Source: Thraustochytrium aureum (taxonomy: Eukaryota). From it: 44,001 nt of DNA. This document shows positions 9,547 to 18,892 of this stretch, piece by piece (the stretch's first letter is position 1; the number at the start of each line of letters is the position of its first letter). The position numbers were made by a program, and so were the translations under genes. The notes under the pieces are model-generated. The model was given only the letters and a program-made list of their open reading frames with translations, ran no database searches and had not been told where the DNA came from. The stretch is taken from assembly GCA_012862495.1 (NCBI GenBank), contig BLSG01000422.1, positions 32,696-76,696 of the forward strand, written 5' to 3'.

Positions 9547-11922
9547 ATGAGCTCGGTGCAAAAGAAGAGGAAGAACACAACCGGTTCGGGCAGCAAAGGG
9601 CAGCAGCGCGAAGTGGGCGACGGGTTTGCCGAGCCAAGGCGCGACTCTTCTGAAAACGATGACACTGAGGACGAGAAGATCCTGAAACGCAAGGCACCGA
9701 GCAACAGCGGCGGGTGCGTGAACCGTCTGTGCGTTGTTTTTGTGACGCTGGTGTGCCTGGCGTTCTACGACGTGGCGCAGGTCAACACGCGCATTTACAG
9801 CGCCGTATTCCACGTGTCTTCGCAACACTTGGTCAAGGAAGCATCTCGGCGGTCGCAGCGCGCGCACCGCTCCTCTGTGCTCGAGGTGATTGCCGAGGAA
9901 ACGAGGAAAACAGACCTGATCCTGATCCGAAGCGGGGCTGTCAACAAGCCGCGCCTCGGATATGAGAGCGAGCGCGTGTTGCGCGTCCTCAGTGGCGGCG
10001 ACGCCGAAGGCGAACCCGTTGACAAGGCCGAATCAAACAAGGAGCGCGACGCCGCGCCGCTGTTCCAAGACATCAACGAGGTCTTGGAGCTCGACAAAGA
10101 GGCCGAGGAGCGGATCCGGGGGAGGACTGGCAAGGTGCTATTCACGGTGCGCAAGGAGGGCTACAACCTCGGTGCTACAAGTCTTCGGACTGGCGAGCGC
10201 GTGCACGACACGAAACGGCTCGAAGACTACGGCCAACTCTCGGCTGAGCGCGCCAAGTTGATTGCTGAAAAGGAGGGCGACGACACGGACGATTCCGCCC
10301 GCACAGGTGCCGGAGCCGGTGGGGACGGACACTCGCTCGACGTGGAAGAGTCAAGCGTCGAGGATCCAGCCAAGCGCGAGGGCGAACCTGCTGCCAAAGA
10401 AGCCCTGAACCGGAAAATGGCGTTTGCAAAGCGCGAGCCGGACCCCGAGTTTGTCAAGTTTGTCGAGGAGCTGAGGTCGGATAACACGTTCGCCCATCTT
10501 GGGCGCAAGAACGACATGGAGCGCGCCCTCAAGACGCTCGGATACAAGCAGAGCACAAAGTCGAGCCGCAAGGCGCCGATGTGGATCGGGTTCGAAGACA
10601 AGGGCAAGTGCCCCGCCTTCAAGAAGGATGAGGTGCGCATATCCTTCTGCCCGTACTACCTTCCCCAGAACAAAGCCGACCAGTTCAGCCACCTCCTGGC
10701 GTTCGAGGAGAAGGTGCCGCAGGTCAAGCTCAAGCCGGACTTTTACCCGATCACCTGGCGGCTCTACAAGGAGCAAGAGCGCCGCTCGCTCAAGCTGCAC
10801 TGCACGAACGAGAGCATGTCCGAGTTCGGTGAGGCTTATGTGCGCAAGTTTACCGTCCCGGGGTCAAACTACATGAAGAGTGCCGAGTCGATCTACGACC
10901 AGCTCGTCAAGTCTGACAAAAAGGTGAAGGAGCTCACCAAGGAAACCAAGAACCGCGCGATCGTGCAGCTCTACATCAACAACCCGCTCCTTATCGAGGA
11001 GCGCAAATTCATCATCCGCACGTTTGCCGTGATTGTGAGCGCCAAGCCCTTCATCGCCTTCTACCACGACGGCGCTGTGTTCAGGTCGATCGTCAAGTAC
11101 AAGCCCTTTGCGCGGCACGACTCGGACTACAAAAAGGCGGCCCACATCACCAGCGAGCAGAAGAGCGCGCAGAAAAAAGTCCTCAAGTCAAGCGAGCTAT
11201 ACACCTCGTTCAACAGTCTCCAGACGTACCTGACGAGGGCCGGCCACGACGAGAAGTACGTCAACGCCGTGCTGCGTCCGCAGATGAAGGCGCGGATGAT
11301 CTACGCGCTGTACTCTATCTTCAAGCGCCAGCGCTCTGGGGACGACGACCCCAATGCCGAATCCGAGCAGCCGCTTGATCGCACCTCCGACCAGCTACCC
11401 CCCAGCGCGGCCGTCATCCAGACATCTTGCTTTGACTTTTTGCTTGACGAGAAGAAGAAGCTCTGGCTCATCACCGTAGCCACTGGTCAGCACTGCTTCA
11501 TCAACATGGGCGGGGCCTCGTTTCGGCCTGCATGGAAAGCCAAGCTGCAAGAGGCTCTCAGCGAAAACACTGCCAAGCTCTCCGAGGAGGTGCTCTGGCG
11601 CCGCATGAACAAAAATCCCATCTCGTCGATGCGATTCTACACGCAGACTGACATGACTGTGCTCATCGACGAGACGTTCCCAGACTGGGACCTCGCTGCG
11701 GAGATCAACGCGCACGTGGACGGGATACAAGTCGCGCAGGACAACCACGACTACAGCTCTGCAGCGGAGAACGACGAGATGGAGCTCGACTCGATCATCG
11801 GCATAACGGACGACAAAAAGGGCGGCCGGGCCGGCCAAGGGTCTCCCGCCGGCGAGGAGGAGGGCGAGGAGGAGGACGAGGGCGAGGAGGAGGAAGGCGA
11901 CGCTGAAGAGGAGGACCCGTGA
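9547..11922 (+). CDS. Tubulin-tyrosine-ligase (TTL/ATP-grasp)-like protein with N-terminal transmembrane anchor, probably catalytically degenerate
   Basis: First ATG 9547. TM LCVVFVTLVCLAFY follows a charged N-tail. TTL-family motifs FYPITWRL, IVQLYINNPLLIEERKFIIR, AHITS and FDFLLDEKKKLWLI are present; acidic C-tail. Confidence 0.8.
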   Translation: MSSVQKKRKNTTGSGSKGQQREVGDGFAEPRRDSSENDDTEDEKILKRKAPSNSGGCVNRLCVVFVTLVCLAFYDVAQVNTRIYSAVFHVSSQHLVKEASRRSQRAHRSSVLEVIAEETRKTDLILIRSGAVNKPRLGYESERVLRVLSGGDAEGEPVDKAESNKERDAAPLFQDINEVLELDKEAEERIRGRTGKVLFTVRKEGYNLGATSLRTGERVHDTKRLEDYGQLSAERAKLIAEKEGDDTDDSARTGAGAGGDGHSLDVEESSVEDPAKREGEPAAKEALNRKMAFAKREPDPEFVKFVEELRSDNTFAHLGRKNDMERALKTLGYKQSTKSSRKAPMWIGFEDKGKCPAFKKDEVRISFCPYYLPQNKADQFSHLLAFEEKVPQVKLKPDFYPITWRLYKEQERRSLKLHCTNESMSEFGEAYVRKFTVPGSNYMKSAESIYDQLVKSDKKVKELTKETKNRAIVQLYINNPLLIEERKFIIRTFAVIVSAKPFIAFYHDGAVFRSIVKYKPFARHDSDYKKAAHITSEQKSAQKKVLKSSELYTSFNSLQTYLTRAGHDEKYVNAVLRPQMKARMIYALYSIFKRQRSGDDDPNAESEQPLDRTSDQLPPSAAVIQTSCFDFLLDEKKKLWLITVATGQHCFINMGGASFRPAWKAKLQEALSENTAKLSEEVLWRRMNKNPISSMRFYTQTDMTVLIDETFPDWDLAAEINAHVDGIQVAQDNHDYSSAAENDEMELDSIIGITDDKKGGRAGQGSPAGEEEGEEEDEGEEEEGDAEEEDP

Positions 11923-12327
11923 AACTGCCTTCCACCGGCTTGCCCTCGGCCTTGTTTTTGTTCAACTGACCCAAACGCACAAAACAAAGTACCTTTGCCT
12001 TTGCATGCTGCCCCCCTCGCCTGGCTGGCGAGCTTGTGCTCCGCGTCGAGGCCCTCCCCACATCTTGCAGGGTTGACACCTGAAATCGAACAGGTCGAGC
12101 ACCGGTGAGCGCCAGTCTCGTTTTGGCAATGATCGGACGAGAGTGTCATGTTTGCGCACAAGTCGCGACTGCAGGGTCCTCGCACTTGAACGCACATTTC
12201 GAGCAGAGTGCTTGCTCGCTCGCAGCCCAGGAGCGTGGCTCACCGCGTGGCGTGTCGCGGGGCCCGCTCTCTGGTAGAGAGGCGGCAGAAGCGAACGCGT
12301 CCTGCGATTTTCGCTCGAAACAGGCAA

Positions 12328-13794
12328 ATGGGCTCTGCGACGCGATGGGCCGCTCGGGCAGCCGCTGTGGCCGCGCTGGCTTGGGCCGCTCAAATGCAAG
12401 TGCCGACCCGAGAACACCTCGGCCTCCCTGCGCCGTTGCGACCGCACAGACCGGCGTGGCTCGTCGCTGCCGACGCTGGCGCAGGGCTCGTTCTCACCAT
12501 CGCGGAGGCCGCGCTTGGGACCCGACTGAGCATGGAGGCTAGCGACTTGACCCGCGCCGCCGAGTGGATCACAGGGCTCAATGACTGGCAAGACTCGTCG
12601 GGGACTTTCCGCCAAGGCCTGGAGCATCTTGGACGTGCGCTTGAGACCAAGGCCGAGCTCACTTCCCTCGGGCGCATCTTGACTTGGGTGCAAATGACGA
12701 CCATTCTCGCCAACAGGCTCAAAATCATAGAGTATGGCAAGTCCCACCCAGGTTCTCGAAACGAGAGCATCACAGCCCCGGTTTTTATCATCGGCATGCC
12801 GCGCTCTGGGACGAGCTTTCTTCACAACTTGCTCCAGCACGACACGCAATTCCGCGCTCCTCGGCTCTGGGAGATCCAAGACCCAGTGCCCCCCACTGAC
12901 CCTGACCAAAGCGACGAGCAGGGCTCCAAGTACTGGCGCGTTCTGTCGATGAATCTGCAGCTCAACGTTTTCCAGTTGCTGGCCCCAAAGCTCGCACAGG
13001 TGCACCCGGTTCACGCTCTGAACGCCGAGGAATGCATGCCGATTCTCGCGCTGGACGCGCGGTCGCTCCTCTACAACACGCTGTATAATGTAGCAGACTA
13101 TCAAGATTGGCTCATGGGCGAGTCGCAAGAGTCGCCGATGCGCTTCCACAAGCGCTTCCTGCAAACCTTGCAACACGGGACGAGTCCCTCCACTCCTGCG
13201 CGAAAGACCTGGTTGCTCAAAACGCCATGGCACATGTACACGCTCGCAGCACTCTGGACAGTGTATCCTGATGCGCGCATTATCATGCCGCATCGCGATC
13301 CTGCGGGCATGATTGCCTCGCTCTCCTCGCTGCATGCCAGGTTTTACGGCATTGCAACGGACGCAATCCGGCCGCACGAAATTGGGGCTTATCAGAACAA
13401 CCAGTGGAATCGAATCATTCGCTCGTTTATGGAAACGAGGGCGGGCAGCCCGAGCGCGGCTGGTCAGGTTGTCGATGTGAGGTTCGAGGATCTCGTTCGC
13501 GCCCCCATGCGGGTGGTCGAGCAAGTCTATGCGAGTTTCGGTCTCGAGCTGTCGTCAAGCGCTCGCGCGGGAATGGAGGCCTACTTGAACGGAACAACTG
13601 GCGACGGCGCGGGGAAGCGGGGCGCCCACGGCAAGCACGAGTACGAGCTCGAGTGGTTTGGGCTGAGCGAGGACGCCCTTATGGCCAGCGAGGCGTTTGC
13701 GGCCTACTGCGAGACGTACGGGCTCTCGCGGCGTTTTATGCACTCCAATGACTACGACTCTCAAGTTTCTACAAGTGGTAGCCCTAAAGACTAG
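12328..13794 (+). CDS. PAPS-dependent sulfotransferase (Sulfotransfer_3 type) with N-terminal hydrophobic leader
   Basis: 5'-PSB loop PVFIIGMPRSGTSFLHNLL, PRLWE, EEC, WLLKTPWH, 3'-PB HRDP..IASLSSL, and VRFEDLV; intronless. Confidence 0.9.
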   Translation: MGSATRWAARAAAVAALAWAAQMQVPTREHLGLPAPLRPHRPAWLVAADAGAGLVLTIAEAALGTRLSMEASDLTRAAEWITGLNDWQDSSGTFRQGLEHLGRALETKAELTSLGRILTWVQMTTILANRLKIIEYGKSHPGSRNESITAPVFIIGMPRSGTSFLHNLLQHDTQFRAPRLWEIQDPVPPTDPDQSDEQGSKYWRVLSMNLQLNVFQLLAPKLAQVHPVHALNAEECMPILALDARSLLYNTLYNVADYQDWLMGESQESPMRFHKRFLQTLQHGTSPSTPARKTWLLKTPWHMYTLAALWTVYPDARIIMPHRDPAGMIASLSSLHARFYGIATDAIRPHEIGAYQNNQWNRIIRSFMETRAGSPSAAGQVVDVRFEDLVRAPMRVVEQVYASFGLELSSSARAGMEAYLNGTTGDGAGKRGAHGKHEYELEWFGLSEDALMASEAFAAYCETYGLSRRFMHSNDYDSQVSTSGSPKD

Positions 13795-14485
13795 CTCGGC
13801 CAGAGCGTGCTCCTTTGTTTCTTCTCCGTCGGCAGCGGCCCCGATCGGCTCGAGAATGTTGCGAGCTTGCAAGGCGAACCAAAGGCAGCAGTTTCGTCAC
13901 GCAACGCAGTTCTGCGCGCACTGCGCCGCCGAGCTGCGCAGCCGCATCTGCGAGCGCCCAAACCGGTCGCAACTTCGTAGCGTCCATTCCTGGCTTGGGA
14001 ATACCAAGTACAATCAGCGGTGTTCGACATGCAAACCAAGAGTAGCGCCAAAGTTGAGCACGAGCAGGGCTCAGGCAGCGAACGTCATCTCGAAGCCGGC
14101 GCAGGGCCTAGGACGTCGCGTTCCGAAGCAGCTCCGCGGCAACCTTGTCGACGAGCGCGGCGCCGCTGCAGCAGCGTATCGACCGCGTATCGGCCTATGG
14201 CTTCGTATGCACTCGCCCAGGAACGAGCTCGAGAGCAGCGTCAACGTGCAATCCTGCGGCGCTCGCCCCTGGGGCTTGGCGACGCGCTCCTGCGAGCTCG
14301 GCGCGCGAGGACGGCCGACCAACGAGATGAAGATGTACTCTACGCGTCAACGTGATGCGGGCGTGGGATCGATCGCGCTCGTGAGTGGGACACAGGGCGT
14401 CCGTCTCGGTGCCGTCAGAACAGGTGGATGATCAGGTGCGAGCGAGGCGAGTCGGGCGCGAGCCCGTGCGCGTCCAGCGCCGCAA

Positions 14486-15727
14486 ATGGTCAAGTTCTAC
14501 GCTGTGCAGCGAGGCCGCGCGACGGGCGTGTTCAGTTCGTGGGACGATTGCCGGGAGCAGGTGGACGGATACAGCGGCGCGCGGTTCAAGTCGTTTTCGA
14601 CGGCGGCTGCTGCGGAGGCGTTCGCCGCCGGCGGCGGGCCGAGCGGCCAAAGCGCCCCGGCAAGCGGGAGCTACGCGCGAACGAGCGGCTCGAGCGGCGC
14701 GCGGAGCAAGAGCTACACGAGAGCGCTCGCGGTGGCTGCACCTGCGACGCAGTCGGCGTATTCCAGGTCCGCCCGCACAAGCAGCGCGAGCACAAGCAGC
14801 ACGGGGGGCAGGAGCTCGGCGACCGAAGCCGATCCGTCAGCGAGAGGCTTGAAGCGCGGCTGGGACACGGCCTCTAGCGCTACCATGCTTCGAAGCGTGA
14901 GCAGCAAGGCAAGTTGGACGCGAGGCTCGGCTGGCTTGACGTGCGCTGTGCCGTGTGTTGCTGACCATTGATTGGCGATTTGCTGGCGCAGGCTATTCGC
15001 ATGGGCTCAAGCGGATCAGGCGGCAGCGCATTCAGGCTACAGCAGCGAGCTGCGCTGAGTAGCTCGAGCAAAGGAAGCGGAAGCGGGTCGTATGTTGTTT
15101 ACACGGACGGAGCGTGCAAGGGGAACGCCAACGTGGCGAAGAACAACCCGCCCGCAGGATGGTAAGTATAAGGGGCGGGCAAGGGTGGCCTGCATCTCGG
15201 GGCCAGCGCTAATTCGCCACCGTCGCGAGTAGGGGGTACGTTCTGCTCGACGACCAGCACGGAGGCAGTGGCACCAGCATGCTCAAGGTCCGCGACGAGG
15301 CCTTTGGACCTGTGGTGACTGCAAAAGGCCACACTGAATACCGCGGCGCCGATGTCGCGTCCAACAACACTGGGGAGCTCACCGCGATCGGCCGTGCGCT
15401 CGAACGCATCGCGAATGACTCGACACGGAGCCCGGCAAGAAGGTTGTCGTGCGGTACGACTCCCACTACGCCGCCAAGTCGGTAACTGGAGAATTTAACG
15501 GCGCCAAGAACGCCGCTCTGATCCGCAGCTGTCGCGAGCAGCTGGACAAAGTGAAGGCCACCCGCCCCGTCGAATTCCAACATGTTAAGGGCCACAGCGC
15601 TGAGCAGTTCAACGACAGAGCGGACTATCTCGCAAATCAGGGCGCCCAAGCTGCAGCGCAGCTGCCGCTCGCGGTGCGCTCCTCGACGCGGCCGCCTGGC
15701 GCTGCTCCAACGCGGGGCCGGCGTTAG
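14486..15727 (+). CDS. RNASEH1: Ribonuclease H1 (N-terminal hybrid-binding domain plus RNase H domain); two introns and one apparent frameshift near 15430
   Basis: [38 protein letters not shown]. Catalytic motifs YTDGAC, SNNTGEL, RYDS, HVKGHS and NDRAD join after splicing and a -1 correction. Confidence 0.9.
14897..14991 (+). other. Spliceosomal intron 1 of RNase H1 (donor either GTGAGC at 14897 or GCAAGT at 14909)
   Basis: Both donors are phase 0. Branch-like GCTGAC at 14960 and CAG acceptor at 14991. Removal bypasses stop 14969-14971 and joins the AIRMGSSG frame. Confidence 0.75.
15162..15232 (+). other. Spliceosomal intron 2 of RNase H1 (71 nt, GT-AG)
   Basis: TG|GTAAGT donor, GCTAAT branch site and TAG acceptor; splicing restores the AGW-GYVL motif. 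Confidence 0.9.
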
Positions 15728-15923
15728 ACGCCGCCGCCCTCTGGGCCGCTCGCCGGACCCTCTCCGCAAAGGTGCGTCTGCGGCAAGCAAGCATGGCTTG
15801 CTTGGGCAAGCACGGCTTGCTTGGGTGAGCCGCCCGCTTTATCGCTCGTGCGCCAACGCCCAAAAGAGAAACAAAAGAAAGAGATGCATGCCGATCCTCG
15901 CTGGGCGCACCCTGCCGGCTCGG

Positions 15924-16846
15924 TTAGGAATGCAAACCGAACTGGATCCCGAGTTGCTCCACGAACTTGGCCTCCTCCTCTCCGCAATTCGGGGATCGCC
16001 GGCACGCAGCAAGCCACGCGGAAAGGTTGACGGAGGCGCGCCAGTCAGCTCCGAGTGGAGCTTGGTCCAGTGGCAAGGCGCTCTGCACGAGCCGAAGCAC
16101 GGCCCACGACTGCAGACGGTCTAGCGTTGGCGCGACAAGGGATGCTGCGACCAACTGCGCGTTTCGGTCGCTGCAGTCCATTTGAAATGTCCGCTGCCAT
16201 TGCAAGAGGGCCTCGCCCCCCCCGGGTCGAGGCTCACGTTCGCCCACGCAGCGCGGACCACGCGGTCCTTGTACTCGTCAAACTTGTCGGCGTACGCTTG
16301 GAGCGAGGCCGGCCCAGTCCTCCATGCACGGGCTGTGTGACTTAGGGCAACCAGGGACGTTGCGCATGCAAGAACTTCCATCAGGGGATGAATCAGGTAC
16401 GGATTTGCAAAGACGTGGAGAAACTCGTGCCCGAGTTGGTACACGAGCTGGTTGAAGCGCTTGGCGCGGAGGCAGGTCACCGCCACAATGTACTTGCCGG
16501 GCATGCCATTGAGCACGGCACGAGGCACGTCGTCCTGTATGAGCTCAAGCGGCTTGATTCCTAGTGCTGGCCCCATCTGCGCTTGTTGGCGTCAGCAGCA
16601 GGTCGTGGCCCGCGGCCGTCAGCGACTCGTTCCAAACATAGCCCGCGCCGCCACGGCCGTGCACCCGCCGAGGGGCACGAGCCCCGCCCCAACCCGCCCC
16701 TCGCCACAGCGCCAGCAACTCACGGCAAACTTGGAGCAGAACAGGGCTAGCACTTGCTCGCTCACCACGACGGCGTCCGCGTGTTGCTCCATTCCTTCGA
16801 ACCGAAGGCTCCATCCGGGACATTTCGTTGCCAGGGACGAGGCCAT
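15924..16846 (-). CDS. HEXXH zincin-like metallopeptidase-fold protein; intron 16577-16723 and apparent frameshift at run 16216-16223
   Basis: QLVYQLGHEFLHVF plus a downstream Glu in LMEVLACATSL. Exon 1 (ATG 16846) joins exon 2 in phase 0. The C-terminus continues in ORF 15924-16247. Confidence 0.7.
16577..16723 (-). other. Spliceosomal intron (147 nt, GT-AG) in HEXXH gene
   Basis: Minus strand reads GCC|GTGAGT ... GCTGAC ... GCGCAG|ATG, in frame. Confidence 0.8.
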
Positions 16847-17242
16847 GGGCACTCGCTATCTGGCGCGCCAGCGCGGCCCCAGCGCGGCACCAGCGCGGCA
16901 CCAGCGAGGCCCCAGCGCGCCGTCGCGCACCACCCGCCGGTGCTCGCAGCACACTTGAGGCTCGTGGCTGCGAGCTCCTTCTCCAGATGGATAGGTGCCA
17001 GAGACGGACGTGGGCCAGGACGGCGGGCGACGGTCTTGCCTCTCGGAGGAGCACAGCGCGGGTGAGATGGGGATGGATGGTTGTTTGTTTTCGTTCGAGG
17101 TTGTGTTGCGGTCAGGAGAGATCGCGTAGGACCTCGCTGTCAGATGGTAAAAGCCTTAGGTGGGTGGAGAGCACGGCCGAGTTGCAAACGCTGAGGCGCT
17201 CGCCGCAGCGCCGGTCCGTCGAGCGTCGAGAATCAACAGTGA

Positions 17243-17638
17243 TTAAAAGGCACCGAAGCTAGAGGGTGCCTTGCTGCGCTTGACGCTGCCGGCCTGGCGG
17301 CGGCCAGAGTGGTCTTCGAGCACGGTGAACTCGACTTGCTCGCTGTCTTCGAGCGAGCGGAACTCGTTCTCCCTCTGCTCGATGGCGGAGAAGTGGACGA
17401 AGATGTCGCCGCTGTTGTCTTCCGGGACAATGAAGCCGAAGCCCTTCTTGTCGTCAAACCACTTGACCATGCCACGAGCGTACTCGTCGTTGCCGCCGGT
17501 GAACATGCGCGTGGCGCCGATTGTCTGGAAGGCCGAGGGGCGAATAAAGGTGTTCTTCGGGGCGAGGCCGAAGGTGGTCTTCGGAGCGACAGCGGCGGCC
17601 TGGAGCCGCGAAGCACTGCGGAGGACGTTGCGGAACAT
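17243..17638 (-). CDS. Cold-shock domain protein with predicted mitochondrial presequence
   Basis: CSD GMVKWFDDKKGFGFI (RNP1), DIFVHFSAI (RNP2), FRSLEDSEQVEF. N-terminus MFRNVLRSASRLQAAAV..RMFT is Arg/Ala/Ser/Thr-rich with no acidic residues. Confidence 0.9.
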   Translation of the reverse strand: MFRNVLRSASRLQAAAVAPKTTFGLAPKNTFIRPSAFQTIGATRMFTGGNDEYARGMVKWFDDKKGFGFIVPEDNSGDIFVHFSAIEQRENEFRSLEDSEQVEFTVLEDHSGRRQAGSVKRSKAPSSFGAF

Positions 17639-18073
17639 TTTTGTTCGACTGTCTGTTTTGCACGTCAAGCGTTTATGGACTCGCGTCAGCAACTCGCACG
17701 TTGAGCAAGGGCACCACTAGGCACTGCTGCAGGCGCAACAAGCACGCCAGGCGACCCGGCCAGCCCCATTGCACTTGCGCCTGGCGACAGAAACGGGCGT
17801 CTGGATGCCACTCGGCCCAGCCAACATCTGAACCGATGCCCGGCTGGCCGGACGCCACCGCGACCTCTCAAACCGGCAAGCGCCAGACATAAAACTCACC
17901 GAAACTACTTTTGCCCTGGCGCTGGTGCTGATGCTGCTTGCTGCTGCGACTGGTCTGCTGCTCTTCCTGCTGTTGACTCGGGTCTGCCTCGCACCCTCCG
18001 TGCGTCTCTCTTTGCTGGCCACCCGATATTGAGGCCGCGCCCGCCAGCCCCGCGTGACTTGAATAAATCCCCT

Positions 18074-18209
18074 GTGACGAGATATCAAGATATAGATCTT
18101 TTTCTTTCCGCGTCACACAGCGATTTCTCGTGACGCTGGGCTTCGCTTCGCCTTGACCGAGTACCTATGTGACGATGCTTTGGCGCGAAGATACGACCGT
18201 TTGCGTCAC
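18074..18209. promoter_or_regulatory. Cluster of five GTGACG/CGTCAC motifs in divergent promoter
   Basis: Copies at 18074, 18111, 18130, 18169 and 18204; two more at 18544 and 18573. Function is inferred only. Confidence 0.5.
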
Positions 18210-18892
18210 GCTTACTCCCTACGTTACTCGAGTCGACGACCGGCCGGTGTCAACTAACTACTGAGGTACTTCCTCCTTGCCTACAACCATTCATGATGAT
18301 CATCATCCAAACAACGACGCTGGAAAAAACTGAACTGGTGAATGCGATCGATCATCAGTGCAAGCACAGCGGCCAGTACTCTACTACCTGGAGTGAATAA
18401 ATGCTCCAGTAGCCTGACGAGAGCATCGAAGAACCTTGGCCTACTGCTGTCTCATCAGGGACTCGAACGCGTTCAGCTGCCGCCGCTCGTTCACAGCCTT
18501 CAAGCCTCCGAGCGAGCTGAAAAAAGACGTGGCGCTCGGCCCGCGTCACGCACATCCTCTCTGTGACCCAAAGTGACGCGCAGCGACCTCTTCCGACGCG
18601 TCCGCGCTTCCTTCAAGCCTCCAGGCGCTTATTCATAAGGTGGGACGATCCAAACGTAAGGGGGGCATGTTACCGTGGATTGTCTCGAAGACGGGCTCGT
18701 TACGTGGGCTGGGAGAGTCGGCGAGGCTAGCTGCGAACGGGCGCGGCAGAGCTGCAACTGGAGAGCGAGGGCGGCCACGGGACTGCGCGCGGAGACTCCT
18801 CTTGAGGCGCTAGGACTTGTTGCCAACTCGCTCGTGCGTTCTCGAGGCAAAGAAGCGGTGCCCGCGTCGTTGAAAGCTGGGTTTTTGGCATC

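Noticed and set aside
11962..13524. Long antisense ORFs (520 aa here; also 39308-40567, 42393-43547, 29428-30324, 34283-35164, 2139-3020)
   Set aside because: They are shadow ORFs opposite genuine genes in GC-rich DNA, with no motifs.
13800..14430. Possible small gene between sulfotransferase and RNase H1
   Set aside because: Only short overlapping ORFs on both strands with no recognisable motif; cannot be supported without transcripts.
14486..15727. RNase H domain as part of a retroelement
   Set aside because: It has the cellular hybrid-binding domain and introns, and there is no RT, integrase or LTR nearby.
18293..18420. C/D snoRNA candidate (ATGATGA within palindrome ATGATGATCATCAT, downstream CTGA and CTGGAG/CTCCAG hairpin)
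   Set aside because: No terminal stem or recognisable rRNA antisense guide could be identified; needs snoscan or Infernal.
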